Positions 46,070 to 63,300 of a stretch of 64,000 nucleotides of DNA are shown in pieces. The translations under genes were made by a program, and so were the position numbers. The first letter of the stretch is position 1; every line of letters begins with the position of its first letter. Under the pieces are notes generated by a model. It was not told the DNA's origin and ran no database searches. It worked only from the letters and a program-made list of their open reading frames with translations. The stretch is from the human T2T-CHM13v2.0 reference genome, Homo sapiens. The stretch is taken from NCBI RefSeq assembly GCF_009914755.1, contig NC_060925.1, one strand, 5' to 3'.

Positions 46070-46589
46070 TAACATTTTGGGGGAGTATAGCAGGGTTAAA
46101 ATATGTTGATTTAAACAAAATGAAGTCATTTTTATTAATAGATTTTTCAAATGCAAATAAAATGACTGATGGTGCTTAAAATTCAATTCTTCCTGTGAAC
46201 AGAACACAAGTAATAGGGTATATTATTTTCCAGAAAGATTCGACCAAATTGAGAGTTGGAACCTGAAAAACAATACTTTTTAAGCATTACAACACTTAGT
46301 TCCTTCTCAGGAATACGTGTAATAAAAGATACATTATGTGCATTTGACAGCCATAAGTGATGTGCATTCTAAGATATGGAATAGGCAGTTGAAGAGAGAT
46401 CATAGACTGTGATATAAATGTGGGCATCTTCAGTATATGGATTATATTTAAAGGTGTGTGACTGACTGTATTTATAAAAAGAAGTCTGAGCACATAGTCC
46501 TGGGTCATTCTAATATAAAGAGATGAAATAAGGGAAACCAAAAAAGGAAATTGTATCTTACTCACCTTTATGTTTTAAAATTAATGTTT

Positions 46590-47930
46590 TTCTGTATTTT
46601 TTTTTTCACTATTTTACTTAGACTCTACCTATGTTTATTATTGAAGTGAGTTTTTGTAGACAGCATATAGTTGGGTCATGTTTACATATCCATTCATCCT
46701 TTCATGGCCTGTTAACTGGTGCACTTGGACCATTTACACTTAAAATAATTATTGATATATAGGACTTAAATCTCTGTCGTTTATTTGTTTCTGCCTGTTT
46801 CCTCTGGGTTTCAGTCCTATTTCCCTATTCCTCCATTCCCTGTAGGGAAATTATTAAGGAGATTAATTTCGATTCATATGTATTGTTTTCCATTCTATCT
46901 CTTTGTATAGCTTTTCTCCTCCTTTTAAAAAGTTGTTGCTCTAGCTAATACTATATATGTAATAATATATTACTGTCTACTGGCACTGACATTTAAATCT
47001 ACAACTGGAATATGGAAACCTTACTTTCATGTAGATCCATTTACACTCTCCACGTTGTAAGTATAAATGCCACTAGTATTTTCTCTGCATACATTGAGCT
47101 CCATATTAAACTCACTTGCTTCAAATATCGAACATAATTGAAAAAACTTATGAGGAAAAAGATATCCTGTTATATTGACTCCTCTGTTTATCCATTCTAT
47201 TTTTCTATTTTTTCAGGATCCTAAAGTCTCAAGCTCTTTCTTTTATCTGTTTTATTTTAATTTGAAGAATTCCTTTAGTTAATCTTTAGGCATAGGTCTA
47301 CTGGAGACAAATTCCCTTGGTATCCCTTTCTCTGAGAATGTCTGTATTGATCCCCTTACTTGTAAAAGATCGTGTCACTGGATATCAAATTTGGAGTTGA
47401 CAGTTCTTTGAACACTTGAAAACCGTGCCACATGGTTATAGATGAAAAACTCAGCATCATTTGAATTGTTGATCCCCTCGAGGAAAAGCATAGTTTTTGT
47501 CTAGTTGCTTTCAAGGTATTTTTTTCTTTTTTTAAAGTAGTTTTATTTTAATGTATATTGGTATAAATTCCAATGTTTTTATCCTCTTTGGAGTTCACTC
47601 AGCTTCTTAAATATAAGTTTATACCTTATGGTCAAAATGGGAAGTTTTCAGGCATCATTTTATTTATTCATTTTTCCAGCCCAATATCCTTTCTCTTCTT
47701 TTTCTGCATCGGCATTATTTGTTGTTGTATTTTTCTGAATGTCTCAGTTCAGTTTTTTGTTTTCAGTTTATTTTCAGAGTGGGTAATTTATATTGCTGTA
47801 TGTTCAAGTTCATGGATTTATTTGTCTGTCAGCTCCCCATGTATTATTAAGTATATTCAGTGTTTTTAAAAAATTTTTGTCATACTTTTCCATTTTATAA
47901 TTCCTATGGGATTTTTCGAATATGAAATAA
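46590..47930 (-). mobile_element. Ancient L1M fragment
   Basis: tttttgtagacagcatatagttgggtcatg...catttacacttaaaataattattgata motif. Confidence 0.65.
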
Positions 47931-48227
47931 GAAACTTCCTTTGTCATAGTTTTCTATGTTTAGCATGTATTCATTCGGAAAGACATTTCTTAATCCTGGT
48001 CTACCATAAGCAGCAATATTTGTTAATGTTTTATGTGTTCTTTCAGTACGGAGAAAAGAACTTAAATATATTACTTTCAGTTTAAAGGGTTAAAATTTCT
48101 TCCAGGACTCATTTCTTTCACCAGAAATCACAAAACTGTTGATATTATATACAGTGCTGTGTTTGCGTTTGCCTTATTTGAACTTGTATTTTGATTTGCT
48201 CTCACAACAAATCAAGTGATGAAATGA

Positions 48228-48485
<258 letters not shown>

Positions 48486-48584
48486 TAACAAAATACTCAC
48501 AGATTATTGAACAACCATTCTGCTGAATGCTTGCCTACCAAATATTTCTGTCAGAAAGTAAAGTTTAGAAATTTTTCTCTTTAG

Positions 48585-48903
<319 letters not shown>

Positions 48904-48919
48904 TTATATTTATATTTTA

Positions 48920-49235
48920 TTTTAAAGCATTTAGTTGACAAATAAAAATATATTTTGATGTTTGACAATATGTTGTTTTGATATATTTATGCTACAAAGA
49001 TTACCACAAATTAATTAGCACATTCTTCATCACCTATGCTTAGCATTGGGTGTAGGTGGGTGTGTGAGTATGTGTGTGTGTGTTTGTGGTGAGGACACTT
49101 AAAATCTGCTTTCTTACCAATTTTCAAATAAACAATACAATATTATTAGCTCTAAATATCACTAGATCTCTATGTTTGATTCCAAGTTCTTATTCATATT
49201 ATAGCTGAAAGTTTGTACTCTTTGACCAATATCTT
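48920..49235 (-). mobile_element. L1MA/MB-type 3' end fragment
   Basis: gtggtgaggacacttaaaatctgc...gctgaaagtttgtactctttgaccaa. Confidence 0.65.
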
Positions 49236-49482
49236 AATCAAAAGCAGCAATGATAAGTTCTAAAACGCAGGGATCCTAAAATGACAACTGATGTAATGAA
49301 TCATTGATAATACACCCCTAATTCTCATACATTAAACATCGAACCTCATTTTCACATCGATTACCATTCTAAGTTTATTCAAATCAATATGATGTTTCTA
49401 CATAGTTGGTTTGGATAGTGTTTTGAGAAATAATTCCTGAACCATCATATAACATTCTACTTGAAAACCTGAAAGTCTATGA

Positions 49483-49734
<252 letters not shown>

Positions 49735-49925
49735 AATCAATCATAAAGTGCACACCTTTATTCAGAACTTTAGTATTAAATCAGTTCTCAATTTCATTTT
49801 TTATGTATTGTTTTACTCCTTTTTATTCATACGTAAAATTTTGGATTAATTTGTGAAAATGTAATTATAAGCTGAGACCGGTGGCTCTCTTCTTAAAAGC
49901 ACCATATTAAATCCTGGAAAACTAA
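49735..49925 (+). other. CFH: CFH 3' UTR with ATTAAA at 49775-49780 and 49906-49911
   Basis: Follows the stop codon; two ATTAAA hexamers; end approximate. Confidence 0.8.
49783..49790 (+). promoter_or_regulatory. miR-146a/b 8mer seed site AGTTCTCA
   Basis: Exact complement of the miR-146 5' end UGAGAACU; CFH is a reported miR-146a target. Confidence 0.7.
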
Positions 49926-50168
49926 CGGTTGTGTCCAGTTCATAAAATGTTTGTGGCAAGAAATTAGACGCAATTTTTCAGACTTTATTTCTGTTCATCA
50001 CTCTTAAATCTCCCAAAGCTTTCTCCACAGCTTCTGAGGCTCACTGTTTTACAGAAAATGGAAAGCATATCATTGTCTCTGATTTCAAAATTATATCACT
50101 TTACAAAGATGTAAAAACCAAGTCAAGTCTTAACTCATGTTGGTAATGAGATATAAGTAATTACTATT

Positions 50169-50224
50169 TATCAATACATAAATGCACCAAAAGTGATATC
50201 AATACATAAATGCACCAAAACTGA
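50169..50224. repeat. 28-bp tandem duplication, 1 mismatch
   Basis: tatcaatacataaatgcaccaaaa(g/c)tga x2. Confidence 0.9.
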
Positions 50225-50474
50225 TGAAATGTAGATACTTCTACAAGATGTCAATCTAGCACACGTGATAATGCAAACTAATCATAAAGAGGAGTTAAAA
50301 CGTAATAGGGTATATAAATATTACAACATAAACATACAAAAAATAAAAACACAGTATCAGTTATAACATGCTCACTTGCATGCACTCACTTGCAAACATA
50401 GAAACATGATACTTTTGCCCTGATTTAATGTTTATAGAAAAAATATTGCCAGGAAATTCAAAACTATAGATAAA

Positions 50475-50545
50475 TGTGTGTGTGTGTGTGTGTGTGTGTG
50501 TATACATGTATATGTATGTGAGTGTGTGCGTGTGTGTGTGTGTGT
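50475..50545. repeat. Interrupted (TG)n microsatellite
   Basis: Directly visible. Confidence 0.93.
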
Positions 50546-51141
50546 ATTTAGAGATACTAGGGGTAAAAGTTAGGGTTTAATTCTTTTGTATATATCGGTA
50601 TCCTCTGATTTTTCTACCTTTAACATATATCACTTTGGAAACAAAAGCACAATTTATTTTAAAATAATGATGTCTAACAAGCAAGGCGGTGCATGTTGAG
50701 AATGATAAAGATTTCATCAGTAATGATCTTAACATCAAATAGCCTCTTAAGTATTTTTGGAGTAGAAGAGTTTTGGAAATTTCAATAGTAAGGTTCTGAA
50801 ATGTAATTTTTATATTCATTCTTTTTAATCAGCACTAGTTAGGTAAAATCATTTTTGATTAGGAACATTTTAAACTCATAAAGGAGGTGAAGCCATTATG
50901 TGAAAAATAAAGATATCAATAATACAACACAAATATTATTTAATGATACCTTATTACTTCTTACTGTATAAAATCAGGTGGCTTATATACTCAGGCTGTC
51001 TCCTTGTTAGTGATCCTGATTTAGATAAATTGCTTGAGTTGAGGAAAGCCAGATTTCAAAAATCTAAAGGACATTTGTTATAATTAGCAACTTATGTTGA
51101 TAGTAATGTTAACATTTGGGAATATACGTTTATTCCTAAAT

Positions 51142-51514
51142 TGTTTTAGTACATTTGAGCCACTATAAGAAATTACCATAAACTGGCTAGTTTATAAAAA
51201 ATAGAAATTTATTTCATACAGTTTTAGAGGCTGAGATTTTCCAGCTTAAGATACCAACTGATTTGATGTCTTGTAAGGGCTTGCTCCCTGTTTTGGTGCC
51301 TTCCCACTATGGTGCCTTCCTACTATGTCCTTACAATGTGGAAGGGGCAAGGGAGTTCCATGACTCTTCTTTGTAAAAAGACTAATCCAATGTATTAGGG
51401 TGGAATCCTCATGACCTAATCACCTAAAAAGTCCTTACTTCCTGATACTATCACCATAGTGATGAGGACGTAACACACATATTTTGAAAGGGTACTACTA
51501 TGCACACCATAGCA
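51142..51514 (-). mobile_element. MaLR solo LTR (MLT1A-like)
   Basis: agaaatttatttcatacagttttagaggctg...cctcatgacctaatcacc...accatagca. Confidence 0.75.
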
Positions 51515-51519
51515 CAGCA

Positions 51520-54015
51520 TAGGGATAAACAAATATGTTCCATGTAAATGGAAACCAAAAGAAAGCAGGGGGGCTATACTAACATTAACTAAAATTGAAT
51601 TTTAAGTCAAATCTGTAAAAAGAAACAAGGAAGGTCATTATACAAAGGAGTCAATTCACAAATAGATTATAACTATTGCAAATATGTATGCACTCAACAT
51701 GGGAGCAATGAAACTTATAAAGCAAGCATTAATACATCTAAAGGAAGAAATAGACAAAAATGCAGTAATAGTAGGGGACTTCAATAACCCACATTCAACA
51801 ATGGATAGACAGTCTATACAGAAATCAATAAAAACATTGGACTTGAACTCTATATTAGACCAAATGGACCTATCAGACCTATATAGAACATTCCATTTGA
51901 CAACAGTAGAATAAACATTCTTCTCAAGCACACAAGGTATAATCTCCAATATAGATCATATGTGGGGCCACAAAACAAGTCTTAAAAAATTTTAAAAAGA
52001 TTGAAATTACATAAATTTTTTTAACATTGTCATATGAAACTAGAAAACAATAGCAGAAGAAATGTTAGGAAATTCACAAATACATGGAAATTAAACAACA
52101 TGATCCGGAACAACCAATGGGGCAATGAAGAAATTCAAAGGGAAATTTAAAAATATCTTGAGAAAAACAAAAATGGAAAAGCAACATTCTAAAAAACATA
52201 TGGTATGCAACAAAAGCAGTATAAAGGGATGTTTAGAGATATGAATGACTCCATGAAGATCCTAATAAAGCAAGTAACTTTGTATCTCAGGAAACTAGAA
52301 AATGAAGAAAAAAATTAACCCAAAGCTACTGGAAAGAAAAAAATAGTAAGGTACAGAACAGAAATAAATAAAACAGACTGGAAAAATAATAGAGGATCCA
52401 CAAAACTAGAAGTTGGCTTTTGAAAATATAAACAAGATTGACAAACCTTTAGCTGAACTAAAAAAGAGAGAAGGAACAAATAAAATTAGAAATGAAACAG
52501 GAAACATTGTAACTGATAGCACAGAAATACAAAAAACCAGAAGAGACCGCTATGAACAGTTATATGCCAACATATAACTGTTGGATAACCTAATGGAAAC
52601 AAATATATTCATAGACATCTACAACCTACCACGATTACTGAAACATAATGAAATACAAAATTAATACAGAACAGTAATGAGTAAGAAAAATGAACAAGTA
52701 ATAAAAAGTCTCTCATCAAAAAAACAAAACAAAACAAAAAAAACTCATGGCTTCATGATGGATGGAATCCTACCAAACATTTAAAGAATCAACACTAATC
52801 CTTCTCAAATTCTGTCAAAAATTTAAGAGTGAACTCTCAGTTTTATTATATGAGGTCAAAAATCATACTGACACCAAAGCCACACATGGACACTACAAAA
52901 AACAATTATAGGTCAATATTCTTCATGAATATAGAGGCAAAAATGCTCAACAAAATACTTCCAAAGTGAAGACAACACATTAAAGGAATCATTCGCCATA
53001 ATGAAAAGTAATGTATATCTGGGATGTAAAGATAGTATATATACACCAATCAATTACTGTTCCACACCGAATTAAAAGAATGAAAAGCAAAAATTGTATA
53101 TTCATCTCAATAGATACAGAAAAAGCATTTAACAAAATCAACATCCTTTCATGATAAAAAGTCTCAACAAATTAGCCATAAAAGAAATTACCCCAAGACA
53201 ATAAAGGCTACATATCACAGGCTCACATTTAACATTACACTCAAGAGTGAAAAGTTGAAACATTTTTGTCTATGATCAGAAAAAAAAAAAAAAACAAGGA
53301 GGCTCGCTCTCACCACTTATGTTCAACATAGTGCTGGAAATCCTGGCTAGAGCTGTTAGGCATGGAAATTGGAAAAGAAAACAGTTGTCTCTGTTTGCAG
53401 ATGCCATGATCTCATTATATACATGGAAAACCCAAGGACTTCACCAAACTTTGCTAAAAGTAATAACCAATTCAGTAAAGTTGCAGGGTACAAGATCTAC
53501 AGACAGAGCCAGTTACATTTCTATACACTAACAGCAAGCTATTGAAATAAGAAATTGAAAACAAACATCTAATTTACAATAGCATCAAAAATAATAAAAT
53601 ACTTGAGACTAAATCAAAGCAAGGAGATGAGAGTTCTGTACTCTGAAAACTATGAAATATTGATGAAAGAAATTGAAGAAAACACAAATAAATGAAAAGA
53701 TGTCCTGTCTTCAAGGATCAAAAGAATCAATATTATAAAATTGTCTTCAATACCTAAAACTCCAGATTCCATGCAATATTGTCAATATTCTAAACACATC
53801 TTTCGCAGAAATGGAAAAAAAATTCTAAAATTAATATAGAACAAGAGACACCAAATAGCTAAAGCAGTCTTACAAGACAAAAAAGGAAGAGACAGCACAC
53901 TATCATGCTCTCTGGTTTCAAATTACACTACAAATCTATAATAATCAGAACAGTTTAGTCCTGATACAAAAAAGATACATAGAATTAAAAGCTCCGAAAT
54001 AAAATCATGCATATA
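51520..54015 (+). mobile_element. Old L1 ORF2 (degenerate)
   Basis: IVGDFNNPHSTMDR, LDQMDLSDLYRTFH, FNIVLEILARAVR, LSLFADAMI. Confidence 0.9.
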
Positions 54016-54016
54016 T

Positions 54017-55355
<1,339 letters not shown>

Positions 55356-55364
55356 GAAGCTCCA

Positions 55365-56165
55365 TGACAAGTGTTGGTTAGGATGTGGAAAAAAGGAAAC
55401 ACTTGTACATTATGGGTGGGAATGTAGATTGTTACAGCCATTGTAGAAAACTATATGGAGGTTCCTCAAAATATTAAACATAGAACTATCGCATGACTCA
55501 GCAATTCCACTTCTGGGTGTATAAACAAAGAAAACAAAATCAGTATGTCTAAGAAATATCTGCACTCTCATGTTTTTTGCAGGATTGTTCACAATAGCTA
55601 TGATATGGAAACAACTTATGTTTCTGTCAAAGATGATTGAATAAAGAAAATGTGGTGCATATATACAGTGGAATACATTAAATTCTGCCTTTAAAAAGAA
55701 GGCAAATCTGTCTTTTTTAACAACATTGATAAACATGGCAGATATTAAGTAAGTGAAGTAAACCAGACACAGAAAGACAAATGCTGCATGATGTCATTTA
55801 TATTTGGAATCTAAAAAACACCTGAGCTCATAGATATGGAGAGTAGAAGTATAGTTACCAGGGGTTGCACAGTGGGAGAAATAGAGAGATGTCAGTCAGA
55901 GGATACAAGTTTTAAGACAAATAATTTCTGGAGACCTAGTGTAAAGCATGATGACTATAGTTATTAATAATATATTATATATTTGAAATTACAAAGACAA
56001 TAGTTCTTAAGTGTTCTGATGTCATTCATACAAAAGGTAACAAGGTGAGATATTGGATATTTGATTAGCTTCATTATGATAATCATTATAAAATGTTATG
56101 TATATCAAAATAATATGTTGTATAACGTGAATATAAAAATTTGTATTTGCCAATGATACTTTTAT
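55365..56165 (+). mobile_element. L1M 3' end
   Basis: acaagtgttggttaggatgtggaaaaaagg...cagcaattccacttctgggt...3' UTR. Confidence 0.85.
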
Positions 56166-56709
56166 AGGGGTGAAAAAATTGATTACATTAATCAGTAAAA
56201 ATGGAAGTTAATGGACCAAAATATTACTTCTAGGTTTTGAAATATAAATATGTCTTTTTGTAAAAACAGAAAGGTTTTTTGTTTGTTGTAGTTGTTTGTA
56301 TCACCTTGGAGTCGTGTATTTTGATTTATTCAATCTGGATATCTCTGGAAACTGGCTCCTCATTGCTTCTCATGTGCCCTAATTTTATCTGAGTATTTCT
56401 CTCTTTTTTTTTCAGCATAACATGTTCTAAGTTCACTTTATATTTCCTCTGCCCAACATTCAAAATCATACACCTTTCCTAGAAAGTCTGATTATTTTTA
56501 AAGCAGAATAAAATTTAGAACTCAAGAACCATGAAGTATTGGTAATAGATGGGAATGTCCAATACTTTGGAAATATAATTATTTTCAGGGATTTTTGGTG
56601 GTAAAATCTTTGAAATATAAATAAAATATAAAAGTTTGTTGTTCTCACTGGATTTTACAATTCAAATTTAATAATACATCTGTGAAAACAACTTTAGTAT
56701 ATACATGTT

Positions 56710-56980
56710 TTCATTTTTGTGAGTATATGGTACGTCTATGTATGTATGAGGTACATAAAATATTTTGATACAGGCATACAAGGTGTAATAATCACATCAG
56801 GGTAAATGAGGTATTCATCATCTCTAGCATTTATACTTTCTTTGTGTTACAAACAATCCAATTATCCCTTTTATTTTAAAATGTGCAATAAATTACTTTT
56901 GACTATAGTCACCCTGTTGTGCTATCAAATACTAGATCTTATTTATTCTATCTAACTATATGTTTATGCTCATTAAATAT
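56710..56980 (-). mobile_element. L1MA 3' end fragment
   Basis: ttttgatacaggcataca..aatcacatcagggtaaatg; similar to 60540-60720. Confidence 0.75.
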
Positions 56981-57249
56981 ATTCTTCTCTCATTTGTCTT
57001 TACTGACTCATTCATGAAAATGTCAAAAGTGTAATGAAACGTTGCTATTAGTAGTTAAACTACTAAGTGAAAATTAAAATTTCTTTGTGTTTATTTTGCC
57101 CCTAGATAGCTGACTCTGAGTGCGAATCTTCTTTTCAAAAATGATTTAAATACTTCTTATCTCTGGTTCACCCTATTACCGAATCCATAGAGTTGTATAT
57201 TAATTTTCACTTGTTTTCTTCATTCTTAGATTTTGCTTTTTTCTTTCTT

Positions 57250-59330
57250 ATATACTAACAATAAACTGTCTGAAAAAGAAATTTAAAGATCTATTCCTTT
57301 TCTGATAACACCAAAAAATAAAATTAGGAGTAAATTTAACCAAGGATCTCAAAAATCTATATATTTTAAACAATACAATATTGATGAAACAAATTGAAGA
57401 AGACACACATAAACAGAAAAATAGCCCATGTTCAGGAACTGCAAGATTTAATATGGGTAAAATGTTCATATTACACAAAAAGATGTAAGGATTCAATGCA
57501 GTCCCCATCAAAATTCTAATGTCATTTTTCACAAAAAAATGAAAAACAGTTCAAAAATATGTATGAAATGACAAGAGATCCCGAAGGTCAAAGTAATTTT
57601 GATTAAAAAGAACAAAGCTGGAGGCATTACACTTCTAAATTTTGAATTATGATATAATGCTATTATAGGCAAGATAGCATGACATTGGCATAAAACAAGA
57701 CACCAATAAAACAGAATAGAATTCAATATATTTTCAATAAAGATGACAAGAACTCACATAGGGAAAATAATAGTCTCTTCAATACATCTTGCTGGGAACA
57801 TCGGATATTCACACATAGAAGAATGTAATTGATCCGCTGTTTCACACTACATAAAACTACTCAGAATATATGTAAGACTGACATGTAAAGCTTGAAACTA
57901 TAAAACTGCTAGAGGAAAATAAGAGAAAAAAATACATGACATTGGTCTGGGCTATGATTTCTTGGATTGGTTCCCCAAGCATAGGCAACAAAAGGAAAAA
58001 TACACACATTGTATTACATCAAACTAAAAAGCTTCTGCACAGCAAAGTAAACAATGCCCAGAGTGAAGAGACAACTCATGAGTTGGAAAAATATTTGCAA
58101 GCCATATATCTGATAAAGCGTTAATATTCAAAATATATAAGGAACTCAACTCAATGGCTAATAAAAAGGAATTAACCAATTTAAAAATAGGCAATGTACC
58201 TGAATGGACATTTCTCAAAAGAAGACGTACCAATGGCCAACAAGTATTATTATCAACAATACAAAAAAAATCAAGTGTTATCAAACATGTGGAGAAAAGG
58301 ACACACTTGCACATTGTTGATGGAAATGTATATTAGTATAGCCATTATGGAAGATACTATAGAGTTTGTCAAAAATGAAAAGCAGAACATATAATCAATC
58401 CAGTAATCCTACTACTGAATATATGTACAAAGAAAAAGGAATCAGTATGTCAAAGAGTTATCTGCATTCCCATCTTCATTACAGCATTATTTATAATAGC
58501 CAAAATATGGAATCAACTTAAGTATCCATTACAGATGAATAGATAAAGAAAATGTGGTCTATATACACAATGTAATACTATTCAGCTTTGAAAAAAGGAA
58601 ATCCTGCATTTTCAAGAACATAGAATAAACAGGGAGGACATTAAGTTAGGTGGAATAAGACAGACAAAACCACATGATTGCACTTATACATGCAATCCGT
58701 TGTAAAATATGGTGACTTTAGTTAACAATAATATGTTGTATTCTTGAAAACTACTTAGTGTAGATTTTAAGCAGTCTCACCACACACAAAAATGAGAAGT
58801 ATGTGAAGTAAAGCATATATTTATTAGCTTGATTTAGCCATTATCTAATGTATACATATTTCAACACAATATGTTTTACATAATAAATATATGCAATTTT
58901 ATTTGCCAATAAAAAATAAATGAAAATGTTTACAAAAAGAGAATATGTGGTATAGATACACAGTAGAATACTATACAAACTAAAAAGAAGACAATTTTGT
59001 CAATAGGGAAAACGTGGATGAATCTAGTGGACATTATGCTATCTAAAATAAAGTCAACACAAAGAAAAATCCTGCATGATCTTATTGATATGTGGAATCT
59101 AAAAAATTCAAATTTACAGAAGGTGAGAGTAGAGTGGTGGTTACCAGAAGCTGAAGGGATGGCGGTGTTTCTAGGAGGTGTTGGTCAAAGGGTATAAATT
59201 TTCAGTTAGACTAGAGGAATACGTTTTACTATCTATTTCACAGCATGGTGTTCACACTTAATAATAATAATAATAATAGTGATAATATTATATATTTCAA
59301 TATTGCTGAGTACATATATTCTATTTAATA
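57250..59330 (+). mobile_element. L1MA-type ORF2 3' portion and 3' UTR pieces
   Basis: aagaacaaagctggaggcattacacttc, aaactaaaaagcttctgcacagcaaa. Confidence 0.85.
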
Positions 59331-60399
59331 TATTTAAGCCTAGCCTTTCTAACTACTACAGAAAGAGAAGCTAAATGTCTGTTGTAAGTATGCTTATCTT
59401 ACAAAAAATAAGTTCATTTGACATTCATGTAATAAATCTAATCTTTGTTTTATTGATTTTCAGATTAACAAAGACCTTATCTGAATACTCTTTACAACTT
59501 TTATGTAAATCTAAAATTATTCCATAGGAGAAATTTTATGTAAAAAAAGATAAAAGTATGAAGCATGTTTCAGTTTGGGTATTTCACTTTGTATTCACTG
59601 AATATTGAAAAAATTAAAATACTATCAACTAATACATAAAGTCATATAAACTCCTAAATAACCGCTAAGGAACCTACTTACTTTTGTGTGTCATTTTGGA
59701 TAGTCAAGGTTTTTTGCTATGCTATACTTTAAAAAGTAATTAATGAAGGGGCTGACTCTTTTTTTGTTAATAGCACACTTAACAATATTAGTGGATTCCT
59801 GGTGTTCTTCACTAAGGTCCTTGGTCAGTAATTTCTGATTATATTTTATGCAAAGAACTTTGAAAACACCTTGTGCTGTATTTTAAAGTTTATTATTATC
59901 CATATTTCTGACCAATCACAGATGTTGCAAAAGGTTGGGACACTTGGAAAAATAAAATTATTTTCAAAAAGATTATTTTTTTATAGAATTTCAAAAACAA
60001 CCATCTTTAAAATACTAACAATAGTTTTAAAAATTACAATACTTTTATAAAGTTTTTACGAACACTACTTACAGATAGAGTAAAATTTCATTATAACTGA
60101 AAATGTTTTCAGTAACCTGTTATACTTGGCTAAGTGTCATTATTCAACTGAAATTCCACCTCTCTTCAACATTTACGTATATATTTTCCTGAAGATTTTT
60201 GTCTTATGTTTTGCAGTTATTTTAAAGTTATGGAGGAGGTTTTGCTTATTTTACTATATTTACTATATGGTTTGTCTTTAGCATTATTGATAGATCTTTT
60301 TCTTCTAAATATGGGCCGTATTTTCTGCTTCTTTACATATCTAGTAGTGTTTTATTCTACTCTGGTCAATGCCAATAACACATTGTGATGACAGCCATG

Positions 60400-63300
60400 G
60401 AATATAAAAGTTACCTATGGGTTTGTCATATATGCTATTTATGGTATTGGGGTACTTTTCCTCTATACATATGTTTTTAAATTTTCATGTGCACATCATA
60501 GGTGTACAGTAGGTGTATGTATTGATGGAGTACTTAGAATGTTTTGATACAGGCATACAATGTGAAATAAGCACATCATGGGGAATGGGGTATACATGCC
60601 CTCAAGTATCTTTCCTTTGAGTTCCAACCATCCAATAATACTGTATAAGTTATTTTAAAATGTACAAGTAAGTTATCATTGACTATAGCCAACCGATTGT
60701 GCTGTCAAATAGATGGACTTATTTATTTTTTCTATTTTTTTTCGTACACATTGACCATCCCCATCTCCCCTCTAGCCCTATACCACCCTTCACAGTCTCT
60801 AGTAACCATCCTTCAACTTTCTATGTCCAAGAGTTCAATTGTTTTGATTTTTAGATGCCACAGATAAGTGAGAACATGTGAGGTTTGTATTTCTGTGCCT
60901 GGCTAATTTCACTTAAAATAATGATCTCCAGTTCCATCCATGTTGTTGCAAATGATTGGATCTCATTCTTTATTATGGCAAAGTAGTACTCCATTGTGTA
61001 TGTGTGCCACATTTTATTTATTCATTCATCTGTTGATGGACACTTTGGTGGCTTCCAAATCGTAGCTATTGTATACAGTGAGGCAACAAACATAGGTGTG
61101 CAGATATCGCTTCCATACACTGATTTCCGTACACTGCTGGTGTATACACAGCATTAGGATGGCTGGATCATAAGGTAGCTCAATTTTTAGTTTTCTAAGA
61201 AACCTCCAAACTGTTCTCCATAGTGGTTGTATTAATTTACATTCCCACCAACAGTGTACAAGATTTCCCTATTCTCCACATCCTCATTAGCATCTGTTAT
61301 TTTCTCTCTTTTCCATATAAGCCATTTTCACTGGAGTGAGATGATATCTCACTGTAGTTCTGATTTGCATTTCTCTGATGATCAGTTATGTTGATCATCT
61401 TTTCACATGTCTGTTTTCCATTTGAATGTATCCTTTTAAGAAATCTATATTCAGATCTTTTGCCCTTTTTTGATCTGATTATTAGATGATTTCTGATAGA
61501 GTTGTTTGAGCTCTTTAATTATTCTGGTTATTAATCCCCTGTCAGATGGGTAGTTTGCAATATTTTGTCCCACTCAGTGTTATTTCTTCACTTTGTTCAT
61601 TGTGTCCTTTGCTGTGCAGAACATTTTTAACTTGATGTGATCTCATTTGTCCATTTCTGCTTTGCTTGCCTGTGCTTGTGAGTTATTGCTGAAGAAATTT
61701 TTGCCCAGAACAAAGTCCTTGAGATTTTCCCCAATGTTTTCTGGTAGAAGTTTCATAGTTTGAGGTCTTAGACTTAAGTCTTTATCCATTTGATTTGATT
61801 TTTGGATATGGTAAAACATAGAGGTCTAGTTTCATTCTTCTGCATATGAAAATCCAGTTTTCCTAGAACTGTTAATTGCAGAGACTCTTTTCCACAGCGT
61901 TCCTTTGTCAAAAATGCATTCACTGTAGATGTGTAAATTTGTTTCTGTGTTTTCTATTCTGTTCCATTAGACTGTATGTCTGTTTTTATGCCAGTACTAT
62001 GCTGTTTTAGTTACTACAACTCTGTAGTATAATTTGAAGTCAGGTAATGTTATTCCTTCAGTTTTGTTTTTATTGCTTAGGATAGCTTTAGCTATTTTGG
62101 GTACCTTTAGCTTTTGTGGTACCATAAAAATTTTAGGATTGTTTTTCTCTATTACTGTGAAGAATGTCCCTGGTATTTTCATAGTGATTTCTTGAATCTG
62201 TAGATTGCCTTGGGTAGTATGGACATTATAACAATATTGATCCTTCCAGTCCATGATCATGAAATATCTTTTTTTTTTTTGGTGTCCTCTTCAACTTCTA
62301 TTTTTAGTGTTTTACTCTTTTTCTTATAGAGATCTTTGACTTCTTTGGTTAATATCTAATTATTTATTTTTATCTGTGGTTACTGTAAATGGGATTACCT
62401 TTAGGATTTTTTTCAGATTGTTTGCTGTCAACATATACAAGTGCTACTGGTTTTTTATGTTGATATTATATCTTGCACCCTTACTGGACTTATCAGTTCT
62501 AATAGTTTTCTGGTGATTACCTTACGTTTATCGAAAAAAACTTATACCATCTGCAAACAAAGATAATTTGGCTTCTTTCGTTTCAATTTGGATACCTTTA
62601 TATCCCTCTCTTGTCTAACTGCTGTAGCCAGGACTTCCAGTATTATGTTGAATAACAGTGGTGAAGTGGGTATCCTTGTCATGTTCCAGTACTTTGAGGA
62701 AATTATTTCAGACTTTCTCCATTCAGTATGATAGTAGCTGTGTGTCTGTCAAATGCAGCTTTGATTATGTTTGGGTGTGTTCCTTCTATCTTCAGTTTTC
62801 TTTAGTGTTTTATCATGAAGGATTTTGAATTTTATCAAATGCCTTTTTGGAATCAATTGAAATAATCATGTGGTTTATATCCTTCATTGTGTTGGTATGA
62901 TGTATTACATTGATTGAGTTGTGTATGTTGAGCCATCTTTGCATCTCAAGGATAAATCCCATTTGGTCATGTTGAATGATCTTTCTAGTATGCTGTTAAA
63001 TTTGTTGCTATTCTTTTGTTGAGAATTTTTACAATTACATTTGTCAGAGATATTGACCTGTAGTATTCTTTTTTTAATGTGTCTTTGTCTGATTTTCTTT
63101 TCAGGGTAATATTAGCCTCACATTGGAAGTATTTGCTCCTCCTCCTCCTCTATTTTTCAAAATAGTTAGAGTAGAATTGGTACTAGTTCTTCTTTAAATG
63201 TTAGGGAGAATTCAACAGTGAAGCCAATATGTCCTGAGCTTTTCTTTACTATGAAACTTTTTATTCTGGCTTTGATCTCATTACTTGTATTAATAATTGA

